Shown in pieces: positions 47,175 to 59,121 of a stretch of 64,000 bases of DNA; position 1 is the stretch's first letter, and every line of letters starts with the position of its first letter. The notes beneath the pieces are model-generated. The model had not been told where the DNA came from. It worked only from the letters and a program-made list of their open reading frames with translations, and did no database searches. The stretch covers positions 62,001 through 126,000 of the forward strand of contig OZ025670.1 in NCBI GenBank assembly GCA_964019335.1, in the 5' to 3' direction. This stretch comes from Diplonema japonicum (Eukaryota > Protista > Euglenozoa: Diplonemea). The position numbers were made by a program, and so were the translations under genes.

Positions 47175-50100
47175 ATGTCTGCTGCTCCCTGCGAGGCACG
47201 ATGGGATATACAGAATGAAGGTGCTGTGTTCATGAGGAGGGCGTTGTGCCTGCGTTCACACGACGAACGGGAATTGGTGATCGAACGCATTTCAAGGATC
47301 TTAAAAGGAACAAGCCCAGGGCTCTCCGGGGGCATGCGTCGCTGCAGAAGCCCCCGCAAGCTTGAGTATCAATTTGGAGCGCTGCAACCTCCTAAAATAC
47401 TTCATAACAACAAGCGTCTCATTCATGTTCTTTTTGCACTGTTGGGCAGAGAGGGGGTTATCGGGAAGCAGCCCCTTCTCGAGAATTCCGTGATTGCCCT
47501 CCGCCCGCCTCTTCTCGAGCGCACCGACGACGAGACGGAAGTAGTAGTCGACACTGCTACTATAGACGCAGTGTGTCGGTCGGAAGCCTCTCTCGGGCTT
47601 CCTGATACCCACCTCACTAGTACCCTGTCACGTTGCTCCCCTCCCGAAGGCCCTCCTGCTGCAGATATTTACGGATCTGGTTCCTTCCGCATTCTCATCT
47701 CTGAGCTGAAGCGCATTGCAACTTCTACCCGCGTGGCCACCGGCTCCGCCCTGCCTCCCGTCTTCATCGAATCCCTCACCTCTTTCATCACCCGCAAGGA
47801 AAACCGTGACTTCTTCTTCCTCCGTAGGAACATCCCCTTGCGTGAGGTCAGCTGCGAACACCGTTGGGCCGCCCTTAGGCAGTTTTATTGCGACGGCATG
47901 TCTTCCGCTGAAATCCGGTTGAGCTCTATTGGTAATGAGCCCCCTTCCGTTGATGACATCAGCACGGAGGCCGTGGCGCATAGGTCTGCTGTTCACCAGG
48001 CAAGAGAATGTCTGGCGATCCTCCACCAGTGTCTTACGGTGTTGGACAAGGTGCCCGAGGGGCGTGTCATCGCACGGCAGTTCGATGACTACATCAACCG
48101 CGTCAGGAAAGCGCCCGCCTTGTACGGCTTCAGAACGGCGCAGCAGGTGGAGAACGCGCTGTCACGTTCGCTGTCGTTTCTTAGTGAATGCGTTGTGCAA
48201 ACATGCGAGGGCTACAGTATGGTCGACGGGGCGCACCATCGGTACAACCAGCTCACATCGAAGACACCGCAGCCGATGTACTTCGTGACAGTTGCGACGT
48301 TGTGCGAACCGCAGTGCGCGCCAGTGGACATGGTGACCCTTCGTGCTAGACTGCGGGGCAAGTACCGCCTCGTCTTGTCATCATGCCGGCACCACAACGT
48401 GAGTGCCGTCTGCAGCTCTGTCGTCACGGGTGAGGTGCCGTATGGGATATCGATTCCAACAGTCCGCGAAGCGTCCCTCCGAGCACTGCTAGAGGTGCTG
48501 TGCACGGATGACACAGTACTCGACACGTGGTACCTGCAAGTGCCTGAAACGTACCTTGAGGAGGCTACACGGCTGCTTGAGACATCCTTAGAAGTAGGCG
48601 GTGTGTACAACGATCCTGAGCTGGCGAGGTGCCTGCGGTGCAACATTGTGCTGCACCAGAAAGAGCCCAAGTTCGTTGCAGTAGAGTTAGCGAAGCGGGC
48701 GGTATGCGCGGCTCTTGTGATTCCCTCCGAAAATGCGGAGATCCTCCTTGGCACCCAAGGAGGGTCTTGGGAGCAGGGGAGAGGGCACTACTTCAAGCCA
48801 CAACATGAAGTGATGTGCACCACCACCCTGCTTACATCTTCATTGTCTATCACGGGTACCAGCAGGTTCAGAGCTACAAAAATCCTTCATGAAGACACGG
48901 AAGGATGGGGTCCGTGTGCTGCCCCAGTGACCAGCAAGGACCTCCCCAAGCGGTACGAAGAGCAAGATGTAAGGAAGAACGAGCGGGTATTCACGAAGCC
49001 GAAGGAACAGGCGAAGGAAGCACAGCCAGAAGAAGAGACGTCCAGCATAGTGCCGACGTCGCCGCAGCACAACATGGAGGATGACAAGTTGCTGGTGTGC
49101 ATGTCGTGCAGTGAAGAGTCCTGCATCGTGGAGGTGGCGTCGCTGCCAGACGCAGAGAGCGTTGCGAAGGAGACCTTTGATGTTTTGATATCACTGCCAC
49201 CGGGAAGGTTCCATCTGTGCTACGTTTTTGAGGGAAAAAAGAGGGTTGTGAAGACAGAGAAGCATTTCAGGACGTTCCTAAGCCTTGCAAAGGCAGGAAA
49301 GGTCGGGATGGACGGCGGGCTGCCTGAGCTATGCGTAGCACTGAAGAACGCGAAGCCTGTGTCAAAAGCTGTGGGAGTAAGCGAACAAAAATCACCTGAG
49401 AGCAGTGCGGGGCTAACGGCCACGCCGGTAAGCGACATTGCGCTGCAGGAAAGCAGGGAAAACGAAGAGGTTGCCGGGGTGTGCTTGGCACGCCTAGAGC
49501 TTGAACGCTGTCAGGACAAGCTAGCTGAGCTCGAAGCTGAACAGCTGCGTTGTGAAGAAGGCCGTGTCTGGCAGAACGAGCTTGTGGAGATCATGCTGCG
49601 TTCGATGGATCCGCAAGAGGGCATCACACCTCTCTTGTCGCGCACGCTCTCTGTGCACAAACGCAATATCACATCCTTCACATGCATACTAGAGCTCATC
49701 AAGGCCGAGGTCGGGTACCAAGCTGACCTGTCGTACCTCAGCCCAAGGGGCGAGTTCGTCACTGTCTATGACGATGTCACGCTGCACCTGTTCCTGCAGC
49801 AGAAGTGGGGCGATTTGCTGCTGTTCGTGAAGAAACGATCGTTTGTGCCGAAGCCAGTGAAATCGAAACCCGACAGGCGACCCAAAGTGAAGGAGGAATT
49901 CGCAATGGTCAACATTACGTTCAACCCACCCACTCTAAAGGTCGTGGGCAAGATGGAACAACGGTCCATCGACGGGCTGTCCAAGAAGCTTGTCGCCGTG
50001 TGTCCCTCCATTGCGCAGGGCAGGAAGGGCAAACGCGTACCATCGCTGATGTTCAAACCGGAGCCTGAGCCACACTGGACAGTCACCTACCCGTACGCTT

Positions 50101-51004
50101 TCTGCGACCAGACTATGCAGTCCATGTTGTTTCTCGCACTCCTCGACACGCTGCATGCGACTGGTGGTTGGCAGGTCCGCGAGACGAGCTCTTGCACGTG
50201 CCCCATCGATCTTCCGAAGTATGCTTCACATCAATAGTAACACCACAACAGGTCGAAATCAGGTGCTGGTGAAGCGGCACCCGCACTGATGGTTGATTTC
50301 TACAAGTTTACCTTCTCGAGACAGATGAGCTACAAACCGGCGAAGAAGAAGAAGAGCAGGCGTGCCTCGTCCGTTGACAAGAGCAAGATTGCACAGCCAC
50401 AACACCAACAGAAACAGCCGCCCCAGCAGCAGCTGCAGCTGCAAGTGCATGCACGTCCGCGTCCACAGCCACCACAACAGCAGCAGGAGAAAGGGGAAGA
50501 ACAATCACCCGTCACGCATGTTGAGGAACAACCAACGGCCGAGTCACAAGAGAACAGCAGCAGAGAGCCACCCGTCACCGTAACCATGCCGCTTCCCGAC
50601 GAGTTTGAAGGGGCTGCCGTTGCGAACACTGTCTCTCGCACTGTTGCAGTCGATGTGGGGGATGTCAGACCTGCCCCCCCTCAAGATGGCACTCCAGCGG
50701 AGCAAGTGCTAAAATATAGTGCGAAAAAGAGGAAAATGTCGGCAGGGAGGGTGGGCTTGAAGGTATAGCGCATTACACCCACCACGCCACACCACAGATA
50801 TGGGGCACCATGACATGGGAACAGCGGCTAACCTTCCTCAAGGACCGCGAGGCTGCTTCACGCCAAGAACCGATGCAGATGCAGATACCATCAGAACCAG
50901 TGGCGACAACCGAGACTAAAAGCTCCCAAGGAAGACGAACCCTTCCCTTGGGGAGAAGGCGGAGCCTCTCCGTCGGGGCGAGACCCATTACGCGGGATAT
51001 GTAG
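47175..51004 (+). CDS. Large hypothetical protein with PB1-like segments
   Basis: 1030-aa ORF extended by introns 50219-50251 and 50763-50797; LSYLSPRGEFVTVYDDVTL resembles a PB1 OPCA motif. Confidence 0.65.
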
Positions 51005-51113
51005 AGTTTCATTTACACAAGTTTTTAATAAGTTAATATGTGTCTAAGAAGCCCTTTTTATACATGTTGTCGTTAATTCCCGAAAAACAGATAAATTTTA
51101 ACAAACTAACAAA

Positions 51114-52433
51114 ATGACTGACTACAAGGTTAAGGACATCTCGCTCGCTGAGTTCGGGCGCAAGGAGATCGAGCTTGCGGAGAACGAGATGCCTGGTCTC
51201 ATGGAGCTCCGTGAGGAGTTCGGTGAGAAGAAGCCCCTTGCTGGTGCTAAGGTGGCTGGGTGCCTCCACATGACCATCCAGACTGCCGTGCTCATGGAGA
51301 CCCTCAAGGCCCTCGGTGCTGAGGTGAGGTGGTCTTCGTGCAACATCTTCTCCACCCAGGACCACGCCGCCGCCGCCATGGCCAAGGTCGGGATCCCCAC
51401 CTTCGCATGGAAGGGTGAGACCGAGGACGAGTACAACTGGTGCGTGGAGCAGACCATCAAGGGCTTCTCCGGCAACGGGTACCCCAACATCCTCCTTGAC
51501 GACGGTGGTGACCTGACCAACCTTGTGCTCTCCAAGGGCTTCGACAGCGACCTTGTGAAGGGCATCGTGGGTGTCTCCGAGGAGACCACCACCGGTGTGA
51601 AGGCCCTCTTCAAGAGGTGCAAGAACAAGACCCTCCCCTTCCCTGGTATCAACGTCAACGACTCCGTCACCAAGTCCAAGTTCGACAACCTGTACGGCTG
51701 CCGTGAGTCCCTTGTCGACGGGATCAAGCGTGCCACTGACGTCATGATCGCCGGTAAGACCTGCGTCGTTGCGGGGTACGGTGACGTTGGTAAGGGGTGC
51801 GCCGCCGCACTCCGCAACTTCGGTGCGCGTGTGATGGTGACTGAGATCGACCCCATCAACGCCCTGCAGGCGCTCATGGAGGGGTACCAGGTGGTGCTCA
51901 TGGAGGACGTTGTTGAGGAGTGCCACATCTTCGTGACGACCACCGGCAACGACGACATCATCACCAAGGAGCACTTCCCCAAGATGATGAACGACGCCAT
52001 CGTGTGCAACATCGGGCACTTCGACACTGAGATCCAGGTCGCCTGGTTGAACGAGAACTGCAAGGAGAAGATCGAGGTGAAGCCCCAGGTGGACAGGTAC
52101 ACCATGCCCAGCGGCAGGCACATCATCCTTCTTGCTGAGGGCAGGCTTGTGAACCTTGGCTGCGCCACCGGCCACCCTTCGTTCGTGATGTCGAACTCCT
52201 TCTCCAACCAGGTGCTGGCTCAGATCGAGCTTTGGACCAACAAGGACAACGACAAGTACCCCAAGGGGATCCAGACCGAGGTCTTCCTCCTCCCCAAGGA
52301 GCTCGACGAGAAGGTCGCTGCCGCGCACCTTAACAAGCTTGGTGCCAAGCTCACCAAGCTCAACTCCAAGCAGGCTGAGTACATTGGTGTTTCTGTGGAA
52401 GGTCCCTTCAAGCCCGCCCACTACCGTTACTAG
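51114..52433 (+). CDS. AHCY: S-adenosylhomocysteine hydrolase
   Basis: [51 protein letters not shown]. Confidence 0.98.
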   Translation: MTDYKVKDISLAEFGRKEIELAENEMPGLMELREEFGEKKPLAGAKVAGCLHMTIQTAVLMETLKALGAEVRWSSCNIFSTQDHAAAAMAKVGIPTFAWKGETEDEYNWCVEQTIKGFSGNGYPNILLDDGGDLTNLVLSKGFDSDLVKGIVGVSEETTTGVKALFKRCKNKTLPFPGINVNDSVTKSKFDNLYGCRESLVDGIKRATDVMIAGKTCVVAGYGDVGKGCAAALRNFGARVMVTEIDPINALQALMEGYQVVLMEDVVEECHIFVTTTGNDDIITKEHFPKMMNDAIVCNIGHFDTEIQVAWLNENCKEKIEVKPQVDRYTMPSGRHIILLAEGRLVNLGCATGHPSFVMSNSFSNQVLAQIELWTNKDNDKYPKGIQTEVFLLPKELDEKVAAAHLNKLGAKLTKLNSKQAEYIGVSVEGPFKPAHYRY

Positions 52434-53099
52434 AAAGGTGTGGCGTTGAAGAAGAAATAAAAAAAAAGTCCGAAAAAAGCGGTGAACAAAAAAAAATTTA
52501 AGAAAACAAAAAAAAAAATAAATAAATAAACGTTGGAACGAATAATTTTCTTTAAATTAACATTTTTTTCTTTCTTTTTTTTTGCCTTTTTTGCAGTTTT
52601 CCTTTATCCCATTATCTCCCACCCCCTTTTTTTTTTGGTGTTAATTTTTTTTCTTTTTCCACTTCCTTTCCTCCATTCCCTGTCCCTCTGTTCTTCTGTT
52701 GCCCGCATGTACCCAGCTTACGTCGCTGGGCACAAGAGCCGATCGTTCACTCCCCCCCGCTTCCAGGAGTAAAATAATAAAAAGGGAAACAAAAAAAAAA
52801 AACAAAAAAAAACGGGGGAAAAAAAAGAAAAAAAGGGGAAGAATAAAAAAAATGTAGGGAATCACGTTCAAATCCCTGGAATTATTTTTTTTTCTATCCT
52901 TTTTTTTTTTTTTTTTTTGCCCCTCCCTTTTTTTTCCCCCATACTTCTGCGCAAAAAAGAAATCCCCCCCCTCCCCTCCCCCTCAAAGACATCATATAAT
53001 TTTATTTCCTTATTATTCTATTTCTTTTTATATAACTCCCATGTGTACAACCCCCCATCAAAAAAGAGAGAAAACAAAATAAAAAAAACACAACCACAA

Positions 53100-53915
53100 A
53101 TGTCGTATAACTTTGAGACACTTGAAGTGAAGGTGGATGGCGGTGTTGCTCACGTGATGCTAAACAGGCCCAAAAAGCTGAACGCGATGAACAACGCGTT
53201 CTGGCGAGAGTTCAGAGAGTGCTTCGTGAAGATCGGCTCAGACCCTGCCGTCCGCGCGGTTGTAGTAAGCGGTAACGGGAGAATGTTCACGGCAGGCCTG
53301 GACTTAATGGACATGGCGAACCTCGCAGGCGGGCAGAAGGATGTTGGTAGAAAGGCTTTCAGTTTGTACAACCATGTTCAACTGCTGCAAGATTCTTTCA
53401 CCGCAATCGAAAGGTGCCCACAACCGGTAATCTCGGCCACGCACGGGGCATGCATCGGAGGCGGAATCGATCTAATCTCCGCCTGCGACATTAGGTTCGC
53501 ATCTCCTGAGTGCTGGTTTACAATCAAGGAAGTGGACATTGGCCTCGCTGCCGACGTTGGCACCCTTCAAAGAATCACCAAAATAGTGGGAAACGAGGGA
53601 ATTGTGAAAGAGCTTGCATACACCGCCCGAAAGTTCACCGCAGCCGAGGCGAAGGAGTTCGGTTTCATTACCAAAATCGTCGCGCAGGACCAGCTTCTGA
53701 AGGAAGCCCTCGACCTTGCTTCTGTCATCGCATCGAAGTCCCCCATTGCCGTCGCTGGGACCAAGCACAACATCAACTACTCTCGGGACCACACAGTAGA
53801 GGACTCGCTTAAGCACATCGCCCTCTGGAACTCCGCCATGCTTCAGAGCAAAGATGTCATGATCGCAGCACAGGCCTCTTTGGCGAAGAAGAAGGCGACC
53901 TTTGCCAAACTTTAG
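53100..53915 (+). CDS. ECH1: Delta(3,5)-Delta(2,4)-dienoyl-CoA isomerase, peroxisomal
   Basis: Crotonase fold; KEVDIGLAADVGTLQR; C-terminal PTS1 AKL. Confidence 0.92.
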   Translation: MSYNFETLEVKVDGGVAHVMLNRPKKLNAMNNAFWREFRECFVKIGSDPAVRAVVVSGNGRMFTAGLDLMDMANLAGGQKDVGRKAFSLYNHVQLLQDSFTAIERCPQPVISATHGACIGGGIDLISACDIRFASPECWFTIKEVDIGLAADVGTLQRITKIVGNEGIVKELAYTARKFTAAEAKEFGFITKIVAQDQLLKEALDLASVIASKSPIAVAGTKHNINYSRDHTVEDSLKHIALWNSAMLQSKDVMIAAQASLAKKKATFAKL

Positions 53916-54022
53916 AGTTATAAAAAAAAAAAGAAGAAAAAAAATTGATTTCCCACCACCCCCCCATTTTTCCTTGTTGCTACGCCATACCAGGCTGTCA
54001 ATAATCTTTTTTTTTTGATGGG

Positions 54023-54066
<44 letters not shown>

Positions 54067-54435
54067 GCCTCATTTTCTATGGGGGTTTTTTTTTCTTTTC
54101 TTCAGTGAGGCTTTTGAGGGAGGGCCGACGTTTTAAATTAGGGGAAGAAAGAAAAAAATAAAGAAATTGCATTTTTTTTTTTTTATATTATTATGCTCTT
54201 TCATACTCCGCTCCACGTTTTTATTTTCTTTTTTTCCCCTTCTTATATTCCATTTGTTTCATTGTGTTGCTGTTTGCTTCGTCTGCCGTGCGTTTTACGA
54301 GAAGATTTAACGCCGAGGATATCTTCAAGAAGAAATGGTTGAGTTGAGATACAAAAGAAGAAGAAGACACATTTTGCCACGTGTACAGCCGCCTCAAAAA
54401 TAGTATTTTCTCTATCTTTTGTGCCAGTGACAAGA

Positions 54436-55360
54436 ATGATGACAACGAAGCACCCTCTCCGGTCTCCAGCAAAACCATGCGAGATACAGCGTTGCTTTTA
54501 TACCCCGTTACCCGTCTGACTTTTTCGATCTATGCCCCCCCCTTTTTTTTGTTGCTCCTTTGAAAGTATGCCCTGGCTCCCCTTCCCTTCCAGAAGAATA
54601 TGATGACAAACCTTCACTTTAACATGCGTGTCTTTAACCTGACCCTTTTGTGTTTGATGAATACCTTTAACTTTGGCTTGCTCTTTCTGATATGTTGGAA
54701 AAAAGGGGACAAATATAAGTGAAAACGAGCAACCTTTTTAGGAAACCATGGCAGGGCTTGTTACAGTGCCTTGCGAAATGGGCCGTAAGGTCTGCGAGAG
54801 TTCTTTTCCGTTACCCGTCTGACTCCTTCCGGACCTGCTCTTCGAACCTACTTCCTTGTCTGTGTCCATGGCTCCCTCCGTGCTGGTGGGCGATGAAGAT
54901 AAGGAAGCCCATGGGTGGGCTTACACAATGCCCTCTCAAGAGGGACAGCGCGAACCTCCCTTTGTACTTTCCCACCTGTTCTTATGAGGTTGTGAAGGAA
55001 TGGCGGGAGGCGAGATGCAGGCGAGTGGTGCAGTTTAACAGACGAACGGAGATGATTACATATAAGCAGTCTCCCTCTTCGTGAATGGTTTTGACGAGAA
55101 CCTGCTATTCGAACCTAATTACATTTTCCGATGATTTCTGTGGAATAGAATATCTAAGAATACAAGAGCAACCTTTTTAGGAAACCATGGCAGGGCTTTT
55201 TACAGTGCCTTGCGAAATGGGCCGTAAGGTCTGCGAGAGTTATTTTCTCAGTCTATTTTTAGTCTCTGTACCAAGAATGATGACAACGAAGCACCCTCTC
55301 CGGTCTCCAGCAAAACCATGCGAGATACAGCGTTGCTTTTATACCCCGTTACCCGTCTGA
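54436..55360 (+). ncRNA. snoRNA array V (B-C-A-fragments-F-D-A-B)
   Basis: Same modules; B and D fragments at 54803-54850. Confidence 0.82.
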
Positions 55361-55456
55361 CTTTTTTTTTTTCTCCGGTTTTTCTTTTTATTTTTTTTTT
55401 TCTTCCAGCTCCCCTCATAAAAAAAAAGGGGGGGGGGAAATACAAAAAAAAAAAAG

Positions 55457-57088
55457 ATGCCGATAGAAAATAGAAGAATACGGCCGCCAAAAAAAAAAGC
55501 GGAGAACGGGAAAGTGGGGAGCCTGAAGGGCAAGGGGAAAATAAAGGTTGTCGTCCGAAAGAGGCCGATGCACGGGAAAGAGGAGATGGACATCATAAAA
55601 GCAGAGGAGGGGAATGAGGTGATAGTAAAGGAGGTTAAGAAGCGGTTAGACCTGTCAGAGTACATTGAGGTGCAGGCCTTCAAGTTCGATGCATCTTTTG
55701 GTGAGTACCACGAAACGGCAGATGTGTACAAAGTGACAGCTAAGCCACTTGTCGATGTCTTCCTAAAGGGCGGCAATGCCTCCGTGTTCGCCTACGGGCA
55801 GACAGGCTCCGGCAAGACACACACTATGATTGGCGACTCTTCCTCCAAGGGCATGTACATCCTCGCGGCCTCCGACATCTTCGAGCAGCTCGATTCTGCG
55901 CCCCCTTCCTTCTCCATCAAAGCATCTCTCTTCGAAATTTACTGCGAAAAGCTCATCGATCTCATGGGCGGCAAGAAGCAGGTCCACGCCAGGGAGGGCC
56001 CTGACGGTAAAGTCAAAAGTATGTTTTTTTTTTTCTTTTAGATTATTATTACTTACACGTACAGTCTGCGGTCTCACAGAGCACTTGGTTCGGTCAGAAG
56101 CTGAAATGTTGAAGCTAGTAGCGGCTTCTAGTCAGCACCGGGCTTGTGGGTATGGCAGATTTAAAAAAAAAAAGAGGAAAAGAAAAAATTGCGCAGCTCC
56201 ACGGCTGCAAACTCGCAAAGCTCGCGTTCGCATGCCATCCTCCGCCTGCACCTTTGCAACAACGAGAGGGAGGTCTCATCTTTGACATTTGTGGACCTCG
56301 CTGGGAGCGAACGAGGCGCGGACACAGCCGAGCGTGACAAGAAGACTCAACGGGAAGGGTCGGAGATCAACAAGTCACTGCTGGCACTAAAGGAGTGCAT
56401 CCGGGGGATGGACATGGGACACAAACACGTAAAGTTCAGGGGGAGTAAGCTGACGGAAGTGCTGAAGCAAAGCTTCACAGGAGAGTGCCGAACATGCATG
56501 GTGGCTACGGTGAGCCCTTCGAAGAAAGACACAGACCACACTATGAACACTCTGAGATACGCACACAGGGTAAAAAGCCTGCCCCCCGTCAAAACAACGA
56601 AGGTAAACCAGCGGCTGATGCCGGCATCGAATGTGCCGCTTGTGGCAAAAGCGGGGTACAGAGGGGAGAGGGAGAGGGAGAAGGAGGAACAGACAGATAG
56701 CTCTGCTGACACAACGAACTCCTCAATCAAGGCTAAACGGCCAGTATGGGCCGCGAGACTGGGCAACCAAAAACAAAGTTCTGGGTGTACACACTGCGGC
56801 TCATCAGCTCACCACACGTTGCTGTGCAGAAAGCCACAACACTTCCCATCAAAGACGAAGCAACGGCCGAGAACTGCGAAGTCCCGTGCGCGGCCAGTTA
56901 CCGTTCCTACTCCTGTCTCAGCACCTCCCCCACACACTTCTCTCAGGAGAAAATCACCTCCCCCTGTAAAGGCTGTCCGTCCCCCACAACTCCAAGCCCC
57001 TCAAGTCGTTCGAAAATCAGCCTTCACACCATGCATCCAAGAGAAGTTCTTCCGGCGTGCTGCGTCCGTCCCAGCGTCTATGCCGTAA
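55457..57088 (+). CDS. Kinesin-13 (MCAK-like) motor protein
   Basis: [45 protein letters not shown]; introns 56019-56064 and 56150-56196. Confidence 0.9.
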
Positions 57089-57566
57089 CGAGGAAGAATT
57101 TTTTTCTCTCTCTTTTTTTTTCTTTTTTTGTTCCCCGTTTTTTTTTTATTTTATTTTGTTTTTGTTTTGTAAATAAGGAAAAAAAAAAAAAAAGTTCCCC
57201 TCTCTTCCCCTTCCCCAGTTCGCTCCCTCCCATGCACACAAATCACCGTTTCATTTTTTTTTTGTTCCTAAAATCACTTTTTTTTTATGTCCCCTTCCTG
57301 GATCAACAGTACAAAAAAAAAGTAACTTAAAGGGGCTGAGTGCGTACCTTTTTCAATTTAGGAAGGGGAGAGTCCTTTTTTTTTTTTAAAAAAGGGAAAA
57401 TTGAGGGAGGGAGGGAGGGGGGGGGGGGGGGGGGAAGCCGAAACATGAATCGGAGAGATTACCAACAATGGGGAAACAAAAATGAACTAACATACAAAGG
57501 TGCTGAGGGTACTACTCACTTGTTCTGTACTGTATTATCTCTTTTTTTTTTTCTTTTTTTTTTTTT

Positions 57567-58108
57567 CTTTTGCTAAATCTTGTCCGCGCACAACGGAGCA
57601 CGATGGCCTGGAAAGCCAGGAGGACTGCCTTGCGGTACTCTGTCATTCCTGGGCGGTACTCTGTCATTCCTGAGTCCAAGACGACGACGCAACATTATGC
57701 AAGGGTTGCCGGCCTTGAGCCATTGCACCCCCCAACAGTAGTCGTTTTCATCACCCTGACATGAAGCCTCTTTTTAAAATGTCGGGCCAGTGTTGCTGCA
57801 TAGGGGTTAACACCCTCTAGCCTCAGGGCCCTGCAGTAAACACTGCCACACCGTCGCTGGCTTGCTCCAAGGTATTTATACAGAACGGTGGGGACTCAGG
57901 CTGCCGCGACACCAGCTTTGGGAGGTTCCAGAAGAAGGAAGTATACACCAGTAGAAAAAAAAATGGAAGATATAACCGACAGCTAGGTACGGTGGGTTAG
58001 CAGGGATTTTTTTTTTTTTTTCTTTTGCTAAATCTTGTCCGCGCACAAGAATGCACGACGGCCTGGAAAGTCAGGAGGACTCCTTGCAGTACTCTGTTAT
58101 TCCTGGGC
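57567..58108. repeat. Diverged ~90-bp direct repeat pair (57567-57655 and 58022-58108), each preceded by a T tract; possible minus-strand retroposon 3' ends
   Basis: CTTTTGCTAAATCTTGTCCGCGCACAA...CCTGGAAAG(C/T)CAGGAGGACT...ATTCCTGGGC occurs twice; internal 20-bp tandem duplication at 57632-57672. Confidence 0.6.
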
Positions 58109-59121
58109 AGCGCCCAAATTAGCTGTCAGAGCATGTTTTAAAGGCATTGTTTTTCTTTCCCCCCCCCTCCTTTTTTTCCCTTCCAAAATCTATTTACCCT
58201 CCTTCGATTAGCGTGCTGGGGTGTGATGGGGAGGGATGGAAAGTACTTTCTATGTGGTTTGTGCTCCTCTTGTTTTTTATTATTATTATTATTATTTTTT
58301 ATATATAAATTCAAGAAAAACATAGTCACAGCCCTGTTTCTTTCATCATTGTCCGTCTTTCTTTTTTCAAGCAGACAAGGCCCCCCCCTTTTTTTTTGAA
58401 CGAAATGTGTTTTTTTTTTTGTTGAAAAGAAACGCCCCCCCCGACAACGACAGGGTTCCACCTAAAATAAAATAAACTTCCTTTTCTTTTTTGCGGTCCT
58501 TTTGCTGTTGTTTGTAGAGCAGAAAATGGAGTAAAGAGCTTTGGCAGAATTCTTCTTCTTTTTTTGCCCTGCTTCTTCCCCCAAAAAGAAGAACATCACT
58601 CGTATCAACGGTAGAGTCGTTGCCCTTACACCACGTCATGTCTAATCTACTGTTTCTCTCTTATTTCTTTTTTTTGCGGGCAGCAGCATTAAAGTATGTG
58701 GCGTCACCTCCCTTAAGCGAGTCAAAGTGAGAGGGAACTGTGTACTTTTGCCCTCTCGCAGATGCCGTTATTAGCAAGAAATTTACCAGCAAGGTGGAAG
58801 GCAAACAGGAGTAAGCCTCCCTCTTCGGTCCTTTCCCTTTCACATTTCTCCCTTTCCTCTTGTTCATTTCCCTTTGTCTCCACCTGTTACCCTCTCCCCC
58901 CTCCACAACGCCCTTTTTTTTTTGTCCACCCCTTGTTTCATTGACTATCCACACGTAAGAACGGAATACAAAAAATCCTTGTTCTTGCTTCAGAAAAGTA
59001 ATCTCTACCCCCCCCCCCCCCCATCCAATTCTCTTATTGTTTCTATTCCTGATTTCATTTTTGTTGGCCACTGCTCTGTTGACCCCCCCCCCCCCCCCCC
59101 TTCGCATGTGATGACATAAGC

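Noticed and set aside
51033-52421. Long antisense ORFs opposite AHCY, IDH (44941-46056) and the coiled-coil gene (41990-44233)
   Set aside because: Shadow frames caused by codon bias of the + strand genes.
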